Shown here: positions 9,990-18,857 of the stretch, piece by piece
How positions within the stretch are numbered: position 1 is the first letter of the stretch
Layout: every line of letters starts with the position of its first letter
NCBI GenBank assembly: GCA_050633305.1
Contig: JBOEGF010000008.1
Span: 350,459-414,458 of the forward strand
Origin: Nannocystales bacterium
Lineage (GTDB): Bacteria > Myxococcota_A > Polyangia > Nannocystales > Nannocystaceae
Reading direction: 5' to 3'
Length of the DNA: 64,000 nt
The notes under the pieces: generated by a model
Told to the model about the DNA's origin: nothing
The model's database searches: none
The model's input: the letters and a program-made list of their open reading frames with translations, nothing else
Made by a program: the position numbers and the translations under genes

Positions 9990-12007
9990 TCCTCTACATT
10001 GGCCCCGGCGCTGGTTTCGTCTTTGGCGGCACCTTCCTGGCGCTCATCGCGGCGCTCTTCTCCGGCTTCGTTTCACTCTTCCTGTGGCCGATCCGGATGA
10101 TTCGCCGGACGCTGTCGGGTTCGCGCGCCTACAAGGACGCGAAGGTCAAACGAGTCGTCTTCCTGGGTCTCGACGGCTTCGACCCCAAGCTTGCCGAGCG
10201 CTTCTTGGAAGAGGGCAAGCTGCCCAACCTCGCGAAGCTCAAAGGCCAGGGCAGCTACAACCGGCTGCGCACCACGTTCCCGTGCCTGTCTCCGGTCGCA
10301 TGGTCCTGCTTCGCCACGGGCGGCAACCCGGCCAAGCACAACATCTTCGGGTTCATCAGCCGCAACCCCAAGAACTACACACCCGAGCTCTCCAGTTCCA
10401 AGGTTCGGCCGCCGTTGCGCACGCTGAAGATCCTCGGCATGGAGATCCCGCTGGGCAAACCGGTGGTCGAGATGCGCCGCAAGAGCGTGCCGTTTTGGAA
10501 GCTGTTGGGTGAGCACGACATCCACAGCACCATCCTGCGCATCCCGATCACGTTCCCGCCTGAGAAGTTCAACGGCCACGTGCTCTCGGCGATGTGCACG
10601 CCCGACCTTCGCGGCACCCAAGGCAGCTTCAGCTTCTATTCGACCGCCTACGAGGAGTCGAGCCAGAGCGAGGGCCTGCGCCTGCCGTTGGTGAAGACCG
10701 AGAGCGGCGTCATGGGCGAGGTGTGGGGACCCCCCGACCCTCGCAGCGACAAGGGCGAGCACCTCAAGCTGCCCTTCACGCTCGACAAGCAACCCGACGG
10801 CACCTACCTGTTCGAGGCCGGCTCCGAGAGCCATGTACTCACGCCGGGCAAGTACAGCGAGTGGGTCTCGATGGCCTTCTCCAGCGGCATGATGGGTTCG
10901 GCCAAGGGCATCGCGCGGCTACTCATCACGGGTACCGACCCCCACCTCGAGCTGTACATGACGCCGATCAACATCGATCCGGCGTCCCCCGCCCTGCCCA
11001 TCTCGCACCCGGCCTCCTACGCGATCTACCTGTCCAAGCTCATGGGCAGCTACTCGACGCTGGGCCTGGCCGAGGACACCTGGGCGATGAACGAGCGCGT
11101 GCTCGACGAAGACGCGTTCTTGGATCAGGCGTATCTCAACCACGAGGAGCGCGAGACCATGTTCTTCAACGCCCTGGAGAAGACCCCCAAGGGCGTGGTG
11201 GCCTGCGTGTTCGATGCCTCCGACCGCATCCAGCACATGTTCTACCGGACCTTCATTCCCGACCACCCGGGCAACAGGGACCGCGACATCGAGCCGTACA
11301 AGAACGTCATCGAGGACATGTACGTGAAGATGGACGGCCTCGTCGGTCGCGCCATGGAGAAGATCAACGAAGACGACCTCTTCTTCGTTCTCTCCGACCA
11401 TGGGTTCGAGTCCTTCGTCCGGGGCGTCAACCTCAACGCGTGGCTGCGCGAAGAGGGCTACCTGGTCCTCAAGGACGACCGCAAAGTCAGCGGCGACTAC
11501 TTCGAGCACGTCGACTGGTCCAAAACCAAGGCCTACACGGTCGGCATGGGCGGTATCTACCTCAACCGCAAAGGCCGCGAGGCTCGGGGCATCGTCAAGC
11601 CTGGCAAAGAGGCCGAGGCGCTCAAGAAAGAGCTCAAAGAAAAGCTCGAGGGCTACATGGACGAAGAGCGGGGCGAGATGGCCATCCAGAAGGTCGGCAT
11701 CTCCTCCAGCCTCTACAAGGGCCCTTACCTGGGCGCCGGTCCGGACCTGCTCATCGGCTACTGCCGGGGCTATCGCGCCAGCTGGGCTGCGGCCACGGGC
11801 GGCATCGAAGAAACCATCTTCCAGGACAACGACAAGGCCTGGGGCGGCGACCATTGCATCGACCCCGAACTGGTTCCGGGCGTGATCTTCTCCAACCGCG
11901 AAGTGGGCGTGGATGACCCGGGTATCGAGGACTTGGCACCGACGACCATGAGCATGTTCGGACTCAAGCCTCCGAGACACATGGAAGGGCGTCCGATCAT
12001 CCAGTAG
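9986..12007 (+). CDS. Alkaline phosphatase family protein (type I phosphodiesterase/nucleotide pyrophosphatase-like), N-terminally anchored
   Basis: Motifs LGLDGFD, SPVAWS, DRIQH, SDHGF and GDH. N-terminal YIGPGAG plus a TM helix. ATGA overlap with the upstream gene. Confidence 0.9.
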   Translation: MILYIGPGAGFVFGGTFLALIAALFSGFVSLFLWPIRMIRRTLSGSRAYKDAKVKRVVFLGLDGFDPKLAERFLEEGKLPNLAKLKGQGSYNRLRTTFPCLSPVAWSCFATGGNPAKHNIFGFISRNPKNYTPELSSSKVRPPLRTLKILGMEIPLGKPVVEMRRKSVPFWKLLGEHDIHSTILRIPITFPPEKFNGHVLSAMCTPDLRGTQGSFSFYSTAYEESSQSEGLRLPLVKTESGVMGEVWGPPDPRSDKGEHLKLPFTLDKQPDGTYLFEAGSESHVLTPGKYSEWVSMAFSSGMMGSAKGIARLLITGTDPHLELYMTPINIDPASPALPISHPASYAIYLSKLMGSYSTLGLAEDTWAMNERVLDEDAFLDQAYLNHEERETMFFNALEKTPKGVVACVFDASDRIQHMFYRTFIPDHPGNRDRDIEPYKNVIEDMYVKMDGLVGRAMEKINEDDLFFVLSDHGFESFVRGVNLNAWLREEGYLVLKDDRKVSGDYFEHVDWSKTKAYTVGMGGIYLNRKGREARGIVKPGKEAEALKKELKEKLEGYMDEERGEMAIQKVGISSSLYKGPYLGAGPDLLIGYCRGYRASWAAATGGIEETIFQDNDKAWGGDHCIDPELVPGVIFSNREVGVDDPGIEDLAPTTMSMFGLKPPRHMEGRPIIQ

Positions 12008-12027
12008 GTGGTCGCACGTCGTGATGA

Positions 12028-12065
12028 GACAAGCCCCGGCCACGCAAGTGGACCGGGGCTTTGTC
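12028..12065. terminator. Intrinsic, probably bidirectional, terminator hairpin
   Basis: gacAAGCCCCGG-CCAC-gcaa-GTGG-a-CCGGGGCTTtgtc between convergent genes. Confidence 0.75.
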
Positions 12066-12066
12066 G

Positions 12067-12681
12067 TTAGCGGCGCAGACGCCGAGCGCGGCGAAGTGCC
12101 TTTCGTGCTGCTCTTCGGTCTCCGGCGAGCCGATACGCTTCGCCGAGCAACGTTTGGTGCGCAGCGTTCCTCGGCTGGGCTTCTACGGCTTCGAGTGCGT
12201 ACTGAACGGCAAGCCCGTGCTCGTGCCGTTCGATATGGAGTTCGGCCATCGCGGCGGCCGAGGGCGCATCGAGAGAGTTGTCGAAGATGAGCACTTCGTC
12301 GTCATCCCCGTCATCTTCGATGATGATGATGACCTCCTCCTCGCCTTCGAGTCGGCCTGGCGCGTCGCTCACCTCGGGGGCGGCTTCGAAGCGGGCCTGG
12401 TCGAGCACGGGGGCGGCCGTGGTCATCGGCGTCATGATCGACCGCGAGCCCGCACCGTGGGGCTCGATGCGTGCGGCCTCGGAGGGCAACGCGAAAAAGA
12501 CGCAGACCCCAGCCACTGCGGCGACCGTGGCGGTCGCACCGGCCCAACGCACCACATCGGGGAGCATGCGGTCTCGCCAGCGCAGCGGCCGAACGCGAAG
12601 CGTGACGGCGTGTTCATCCACGACCCCACGGTTCCTGAAGGGCCGGAGAGACGGGGTGACGGATGACGCTTCGAGTTCCAT
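12067..12681 (-). CDS. Hypothetical membrane-anchored protein with a C-terminal TPR-like repeat
   Basis: One TM helix, an acidic linker, and a TPR-like end (ALEAVEAQPRNAAHQTLLGEAYRLAG). Start set to ATG 12681. Confidence 0.7.
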   Translation of the reverse strand: MELEASSVTPSLRPFRNRGVVDEHAVTLRVRPLRWRDRMLPDVVRWAGATATVAAVAGVCVFFALPSEAARIEPHGAGSRSIMTPMTTAAPVLDQARFEAAPEVSDAPGRLEGEEEVIIIIEDDGDDDEVLIFDNSLDAPSAAAMAELHIERHEHGLAVQYALEAVEAQPRNAAHQTLLGEAYRLAGDRRAARKALRRARRLRR

Positions 12682-12828
12682 GTAGGATAACGACCTACCT
12701 GCACCATGCACGCTGGCAGGCCACACGCCAAAAACTCCGCGCAACTCGGAGTGCACACCAGTCCGCGGGACGACCGAGGGCAGTCCCTGCGGGGCGTGGA
12801 CAGGCCGACCCGTCCACACGGCTGATGC

Positions 12829-15800
12829 TCAGGGTTGGTGATGGCTCGCCAGCCAATCCTCGATCGCGGGGAGACCGTCGGCGGATCCCTGCACGTCGTC
12901 TCGATAGCCGTCGCGCGCCTCGAGGGCAAGCGCATGAGCCCGAGAGCGTTGCGATCGCTTCGACCACAGAGCGCGGGCGAGCAAGAAGCGAGCGTCGGCC
13001 AGACCGGAGGCCGACGTCCCGGCTGACTCTCGGACCGAGACCGCTCGTTCGGCGTACACGCGAGCCGTCTCGGACTCCCCCTGCTCCAGCGCAACTTGGG
13101 CGAGTCCGACCATGGGATAGGTTGCCGTTGGATGCTTGGGGCCGAGCGTGTCCTCGAGGATCGCCAGTGCCCGGCGAAACTCGGACGCCGCTTCAGAGAG
13201 TTCCCCCTGCTTCTGCAGCACCTTGCCAATGCTCGAGCGTGCCTGCCCGACGGACGCGTGACCGGAGCCCAAGGTTTCCTCGCTGATGGCCAGTGCCCGG
13301 CGGTGGTGCTCCAGCGCTCGCGCGTGATCGCCCTGGACTTCGAAGACGGTGCCGATGTTTTGAAGTGCAGGAGCCAGGCTTCCGTGGCTCGGACCCAAGA
13401 CCTCCTCGTTAATGCTCAGCGCGCGTTGGAAGTAGGTCAATGCCTCCGCGTACTCACCTGCACTCCCCACCACCATGCCCATGGTATTGAGCGTGGTCGC
13501 GACGTCGGGGTGACGGGGCCCGTGGGCGCGCTCCATGATGGGCAGCGCTCGCTCGAGGTTGGTGCGTGCCTCCTGAAACTCCTCTTGGCGCATGAGCACC
13601 TGAGCGGTGTTGTGAAGGGACCGGGCGACATGCGGGTGCTCCGCCCCCAACGCACCTTCGAAGATCGCCTGAGCCCGTCGGAACTCGACGAGCGCCTCAT
13701 CGTATGCGCCCTGCCCCTGGAACACATTGCCAACGCTGTTGAACGAAATGGCCAGATCGGGGTGACCCGGCCCGAGCGTCTGCTCCTGGATCGCCAGCGC
13801 ACGGCGGTGGTGCTGCAGCGATTCCCCGTGCTTTCCCTGGCTCAAGAGCACGTTGCCGATGTTGCTCAGGACCCCCGCCACGGAAGGATGCTCCGAGCCC
13901 AGGGCGTGCTCCCGGATGGCCAGCGCATCTCGGTAGCGGTCCAATGACTCGTCGTACTTGCTCTGAGCGTTGCTCACGATCCCCAAGTTGTTGAGGACGA
14001 ACGCCTCGGTCAGGGGCTCGACCCCGGGACCCCTGGACACCGACAGCGCGGCCTTCCCCCACACGAGCCCCTGCTCGTTGTGGCCCTGCTGAGCCCCGAC
14101 GACTCGCGTCAGCAGGCCGAGGCTCAGGGCTGTGACCCCGTCGAGCCCATGCTCTCCAGCCAGCCCGAGCGCCCGCTCGAGATCCACGACCGACTCCGCA
14201 TACTCGCCAGCCTTGTCTCGTAGGCTCCCGCGGCGGAACAACGCTTCGGCGAGCAACGGCCCATACGCCAGTGTCTCAGCCTGCGCAGCGACGCCCTCGG
14301 CGACCGCGAAGGCTTCGTAGTAGTCGCCAGCCAGCTCCAAGGTGAGGGCCCGCCGGAGGCGCTCTCGCTGGCCCTCAACGTCGGCGGCGACGTCAGGATC
14401 TTCCGGTGGCGGCAGCTCAGCCCTGAGTGCCTCAACGTCATCGCACCGAGAGATTCGCGGCAATCCTGCGACGACGCTCACCGCGTTTCGAACCCGCGCC
14501 TCGTCCGCTTCCGCGAGAACGGCGACCGCTTCGCGCAGCGCCACACGACGGCTCCGAAGGCACTCCATCCGAAGGCCCATCACCTCCGCCGACTGCTCCT
14601 GCCGCACGCTCGTCGCCTCGCAAACCTCGGTGTGTTTTTCGACCCAACTGTCGGCGTAGACGCGCAGTCGTTGTTCGACCCGGCCCCAGGTGTCGGGGGC
14701 GTACCCCACCCCGGTGCTGAGGATCGCGCCCTGGACCTCTCGCGTCCGCGCGTCGTCCCAGATCCCATCGAGCTTGTCCCTGGCCCCCTCACAACGCTGC
14801 CCCTGGCCAGCTCCGTAGGCGATGCTGAGGCTCACCAGGGACAAGCCGCCAAACAGCCCGAGCGCCAGTGTCCCCCGACGCACGGGTGCCACCACCGCAC
14901 GCAACTCGGCCAAGAGGGGCTCCATCGACGGCCACCGATCCTCAGGTTTGGTCGCCAGCCCTCGCAGGAGCACCCTGCGGAGTGCCACGGGGATCTTGGT
15001 CCCCTTCGGTGCCGCCCGCACCTTGCCTTCGAGCATCGCGACCATCTGCGCTGCCATCGTCGCGGCGGAGAACGGTCGTATCCCATACAGCGCCTCAAAC
15101 AGCGCGACGCAGTAGCTGAACTGGTCGGTCCGCGCGTCGGTCTCGATCCCCTTGAGCTGCTCCAGCGGCATGTAAGCGGGCGTGCCGACCACCGTCCCTG
15201 CGCGGGTGAGTGGAGTCCCCAACGCTGTATCGCGTAGCTCAGGCACGGCCCGCTCGCCAGCGGTGTCGGCCTGCGCATCGCTCGTCACCGACTGCCCATC
15301 GTTTTCGGCCCGCCGCGCAAGGCCAAAGTCCAGGACGCGCGGGCGGCCCTTTTCATCGATGACCGCATTGTCCGGCTTGAAGTCGCGGTGGATCAGACCC
15401 TCCTCATGCGCAGCGGCCAAGCCTGCTCCTGCGCCCAGAAACACCGTCACGCACTCCCGCCATCCAGGACTCGGGCTCTGCTCCATCCACTTGCGGAGCG
15501 ACTTCCCCTCGACCAGCTCCATTGCCACGAAGGTCTGCCCCCCAACCTCGGCAACCTCGTACACCTGCACCACGTTGGGGTGCGACAGCTTCGCCATCGC
15601 CTGTGCCTCTCGTCGCAGTCGGATCGTGTGCTCTTGGTCGAGCTCCCGATGCAAAACCTTGAGCGCCACCGGACGATCCAGGGTGCGGTCGAAGGCCTTG
15701 AGCACAACCCCCATGCCCCCCTCCCCCAAGACACCCAGCACGACATATCGACCCAGTTTTTCGAGATCGCGAGACCATCGAAACAGCGTCTCGCTTCCGT

Positions 15801-15984
15801 GTGTATTCGGAGCCGTGTGCCCCGGACCATCGACTCCGGGTACGCGAACCGTCGGGGCGACTCCGGATGCGCGTGCCGTCACAGCGGCGGACGCAGCCTG
15901 AGCCCCGGGCAGCTTCGCCGTGAGGACGGGAGGCTGCATCGAGTCTTCACCCGTCTCGGCGGGTGGTTCCGGCTCCAATCTCAC
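12829..15984 (-). CDS. Hanks-type Ser/Thr protein kinase with a TM segment and C-terminal TPR repeats
   Basis: Motifs GEGGMG, VALK, HRDFKPDN, DFG and GTPAY. Many kinesin-light-chain-like TPR repeats (ALAIxExxLGxxHP). Confidence 0.95.
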   Translation of the reverse strand: MRLEPEPPAETGEDSMQPPVLTAKLPGAQAASAAVTARASGVAPTVRVPGVDGPGHTAPNTHGSETLFRWSRDLEKLGRYVVLGVLGEGGMGVVLKAFDRTLDRPVALKVLHRELDQEHTIRLRREAQAMAKLSHPNVVQVYEVAEVGGQTFVAMELVEGKSLRKWMEQSPSPGWRECVTVFLGAGAGLAAAHEEGLIHRDFKPDNAVIDEKGRPRVLDFGLARRAENDGQSVTSDAQADTAGERAVPELRDTALGTPLTRAGTVVGTPAYMPLEQLKGIETDARTDQFSYCVALFEALYGIRPFSAATMAAQMVAMLEGKVRAAPKGTKIPVALRRVLLRGLATKPEDRWPSMEPLLAELRAVVAPVRRGTLALGLFGGLSLVSLSIAYGAGQGQRCEGARDKLDGIWDDARTREVQGAILSTGVGYAPDTWGRVEQRLRVYADSWVEKHTEVCEATSVRQEQSAEVMGLRMECLRSRRVALREAVAVLAEADEARVRNAVSVVAGLPRISRCDDVEALRAELPPPEDPDVAADVEGQRERLRRALTLELAGDYYEAFAVAEGVAAQAETLAYGPLLAEALFRRGSLRDKAGEYAESVVDLERALGLAGEHGLDGVTALSLGLLTRVVGAQQGHNEQGLVWGKAALSVSRGPGVEPLTEAFVLNNLGIVSNAQSKYDESLDRYRDALAIREHALGSEHPSVAGVLSNIGNVLLSQGKHGESLQHHRRALAIQEQTLGPGHPDLAISFNSVGNVFQGQGAYDEALVEFRRAQAIFEGALGAEHPHVARSLHNTAQVLMRQEEFQEARTNLERALPIMERAHGPRHPDVATTLNTMGMVVGSAGEYAEALTYFQRALSINEEVLGPSHGSLAPALQNIGTVFEVQGDHARALEHHRRALAISEETLGSGHASVGQARSSIGKVLQKQGELSEAASEFRRALAILEDTLGPKHPTATYPMVGLAQVALEQGESETARVYAERAVSVRESAGTSASGLADARFLLARALWSKRSQRSRAHALALEARDGYRDDVQGSADGLPAIEDWLASHHQP

Positions 15985-16164
15985 GGGTGCATCTCAGTTC
16001 TCGCTCGGGTCTTCCGAGCATGGCCAGAGGGCTCCGATGCCACAATGTCGCGGCCCTTTCATCTCCCGTGTCGTAGGCACGCCGAATGTACTGCCTGACG
16101 GCACACGGCTCCGGGACCGGCCCACGAATCCCGCGGTCCGGTCCCGGGCTGGGGTCCGCCCGAG

Positions 16165-17451
16165 TTACCGACGGTCGGGCATCACGGGAGCGTGTGCGGT
16201 GGGGTCCCACCGCCATCCTCCCCGGGTGCCGCAACGAACCCCGCCGAGCCAGCGAGTCCGCCCGCTCTCCCGGATCCAATCCGCCCTGTTCTCCAGTAGA
16301 CCGTGGCCCAGGTCCGTCAGCGCGATCCCCCAACCAGGCCAGGCCTCGTCGTTCCGCGTGAGGGAGAGGGCGCCTCCGGCCTCGAGCTCGCGAACTTCCC
16401 ACCACCACATCGCGTCTCCGAGGAAGGGCAACGGCTCGACTGTCCGCAACGCTCGAAACAAGGAACCCGCGCGCCCGTGCCCCGCCCCGACCACCTCCAG
16501 GGTCAACCGCTGAGTCAGCGAGAGTCCGTCGGTCGTCCAAGGCAGCTCCATGAGGTGCCGTTTCACGGCCCCTGCCATCGGCTCGATCGCAGGCGTGCCA
16601 CGCTCGGCGATCGCCCAGAGACCGCGAGGGTCCTCGCTTCGCAACGCGTTCCACACTTGGGTCGCCAGTTCGTACTCCTCGGCCTTCACCCTGCGTCGCT
16701 GGGACCACAAGTCGCGCAACTGCAAGCGCCCCAACTCTCCCAAGCCAACGAAACGGCGTCGTCCCGGATAGCGTTGGACACAGATCAGCTCGATGCACGG
16801 ATGATCAAAACGACGCAAGCGGTCGAGCACGGCGGCCAGAATCAACTGGTCGTAGCTGTCGTGTTCGAACCACAGAACGGCGCGCGGGGTCTCCTCCACC
16901 CGGTCCAACGCCTGTCGCTCGGCGTGTAGGCGCGCGAGGGTGTGCTTCGGTTGAAGCTCGAACGCATGGGCGAGGAAATCGGCCCGGGCCTGCAGCAAGA
17001 CATCATCCGAACCCTGGGGAACCGGCCCCTGACAGTAAGGGTCCGCGAACTCGACGAACCGCCCGCTGTACCCCGCATCCGTGAGGGCCTGTTGAATGTC
17101 GCTCCCACAGCGGACGTGGAGCGTCTCCATCTCGTGATCAGGCGCGGGTGCCCCCTCATCGATCTCCCGCTGGGCAACCTCCATCGCGGTGCGGTGTTGC
17201 CTGAACTTCGGCCAGCTGTCGTAGCCCAGGATTCGCGCGATGACGAGTTGCGCATCGGCGAGCTTGGGTTGCGAACCAACGCTCTTCGCACGCGGGTGGA
17301 ACTGTTCCAGTGCCTGGAGCGCGGGAGCGCTGGACGCCTTGAGATCCCGCAGCAGCCGCTTCGCGTAGCGCTGAGGCAGGCGTTCGAGTTCGTTGGGGTC
17401 GAGCGCCTGGGGATCGAAAGGCGCAGCTGTCGTATCGTTTTTTTCGGTCAT
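16165..17451 (-). CDS. DUF1835-domain protein with a small N-terminal helical domain
   Basis: Motifs LHVRCGSDI, DPYCQGPVP, LWFEHDSYDQL, ELPWTTDGLS and PFLGD. N-terminal LADAQLVIARILGYDSW motif. SD AGGAG upstream. Confidence 0.82.
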   Translation of the reverse strand: MTEKNDTTAAPFDPQALDPNELERLPQRYAKRLLRDLKASSAPALQALEQFHPRAKSVGSQPKLADAQLVIARILGYDSWPKFRQHRTAMEVAQREIDEGAPAPDHEMETLHVRCGSDIQQALTDAGYSGRFVEFADPYCQGPVPQGSDDVLLQARADFLAHAFELQPKHTLARLHAERQALDRVEETPRAVLWFEHDSYDQLILAAVLDRLRRFDHPCIELICVQRYPGRRRFVGLGELGRLQLRDLWSQRRRVKAEEYELATQVWNALRSEDPRGLWAIAERGTPAIEPMAGAVKRHLMELPWTTDGLSLTQRLTLEVVGAGHGRAGSLFRALRTVEPLPFLGDAMWWWEVRELEAGGALSLTRNDEAWPGWGIALTDLGHGLLENRADWIRESGRTRWLGGVRCGTRGGWRWDPTAHAPVMPDRR

Positions 17452-17592
17452 GCGGACATCTCCTGTGAAGGCAGGCCCGTGTCCGCATGAAGGCCAGGAG
17501 GTGTCGAAGTTGTCGTGTCTCGCCGAGGATGGTTGCGTCGGCTTCCCGCGGACCGGAGGCCCACCACCCTAGAGAGCCCTCGCCGAACAATA
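17448..17592 (-). promoter_or_regulatory. Candidate structured 5' leader (cis-regulatory RNA) of the DUF1835 gene
   Basis: Perfect 11-bp inverted repeat (17448-17458 / 17480-17490) covering the ATG. Anti-SD CUCCUG. Upstream GUCCGC can compete for the same strand. Possible -10 TATTGT at 17587-17592. Confidence 0.55.
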
Positions 17593-17742
17593 GCGCGTCG
17601 TCGCTCGCACGTCCCCCTGATGGAAGTTGGCCTCCGTGGCGCAAGCACCCCCAGGCGACCACACCTCCGACCACGCACGACGGAGGTGACCCGATTCAGG
17701 CCCGGCCACGACCCGGGGTGCACAGTGGTGTACATACCAACG

Positions 17743-18735
17743 GTGCGATGGATCGCCGAAGCGCTCCTGGGATGCACCCTCGTTGCCTGCGGGGGCAGCG
17801 AGATCCGCACGGTCCCGATTCGCTTTGGCGATGGTGCCGCCGAACGCATCGACGGGCTCACGCCATGCACGGTGACCAGCGCCCAACCGGGGCGGCTCGA
17901 CCCGGACGCGCCGCTGACCCTCCTCGTTCATGGCTGCAACGATTCGGCCGGACGCTTCACAACGCTCGCGGACGTCTTCGAGGCGCATGGGCAGCAGGCC
18001 ATCTGCTTCACCTACGAGTCCCGCGACACCATCGAGACAGCGGCTCAACGTCTACGGGGCGCACTGGCCCAGCTCGAACAGCGGCTTCCTGAGCAGCCGA
18101 TTACGGTCCTCGGACACAGCCAAGGTGGCCTCGTCGCTCGCCACGCACTCACCGCCACCGTAGCCGAGCCGAACCTCACCGCTGAATACAAGCTCGGCAC
18201 CATCTCGTCGCCGTTCGCAGGCATCGATGCGGCGCGGCATTGCAGCATCGAATGGCTGTACGTTCTGTCGCTGGGAATCACCCCGGCGATCTGCCGTGGC
18301 ATCGCCGGAAAGAACTGGCCGGAGATTCACCGTGACGCGGACCTGGTGACAGAGCCTGGCCAGCTATCAACCTCGGTTGCATCGTATCTGCAGATCCGGA
18401 CGGACGAGCGCGGGACCTGCCGACGGCTCGACGCGAAAGGACGGTGTGCCGAGGACGACTTCGTGTTCAGTTTGGACGAGCAACGCAACCCCAAGGCGAC
18501 CGGTCCTGGTTTCCGAGCGCTCGAAGTCCAGGCCGGCCACGTACAGATCGTGGGGTTCGAGGGTGAGGCCCCGACCCAACTCATTGCGCTCCTCCAAGCC
18601 GAGGGCGTCATGAACCCCACGCCGGTCGAGCAACAAGACGGCCTCGCTCGACTCCTCACTCGCCTCTATCGCGACGACGTCCCGCCACGACTGGCCTCTC
18701 GGCCCTCGGGTGCTCTGGTGGTGCCGCTCCCATAG
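17743..18735 (+). CDS. Alpha/beta-hydrolase (lipase/esterase-like) lipoprotein
   Basis: Lipobox LVAC, LLVHG oxyanion motif, GHSQGG nucleophile elbow, C-terminal GH. GTG start inferred. Confidence 0.82.
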   Translation: MRWIAEALLGCTLVACGGSEIRTVPIRFGDGAAERIDGLTPCTVTSAQPGRLDPDAPLTLLVHGCNDSAGRFTTLADVFEAHGQQAICFTYESRDTIETAAQRLRGALAQLEQRLPEQPITVLGHSQGGLVARHALTATVAEPNLTAEYKLGTISSPFAGIDAARHCSIEWLYVLSLGITPAICRGIAGKNWPEIHRDADLVTEPGQLSTSVASYLQIRTDERGTCRRLDAKGRCAEDDFVFSLDEQRNPKATGPGFRALEVQAGHVQIVGFEGEAPTQLIALLQAEGVMNPTPVEQQDGLARLLTRLYRDDVPPRLASRPSGALVVPLP

Positions 18736-18857
18736 AGCCCCTCCGAAGACGCCGATGAGCGTGCTCAGAACGCTCTGCGGGGAAGCTCTCTCGAGGGAGG
18801 ACGTCGGTCCGCCCAGAACCGTCAGGTTTCCTGTGGTCGGCGCAAAGGGGTGGAGGC

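Noticed and set aside
12028..12065. Shared AAGCCCCGG/CCGGGGCTTTG stems at 12028 and 52621 as a REP/MITE family
   Set aside because: Only two copies with different loops, both right after stop codons. Intrinsic terminators explain them adequately.
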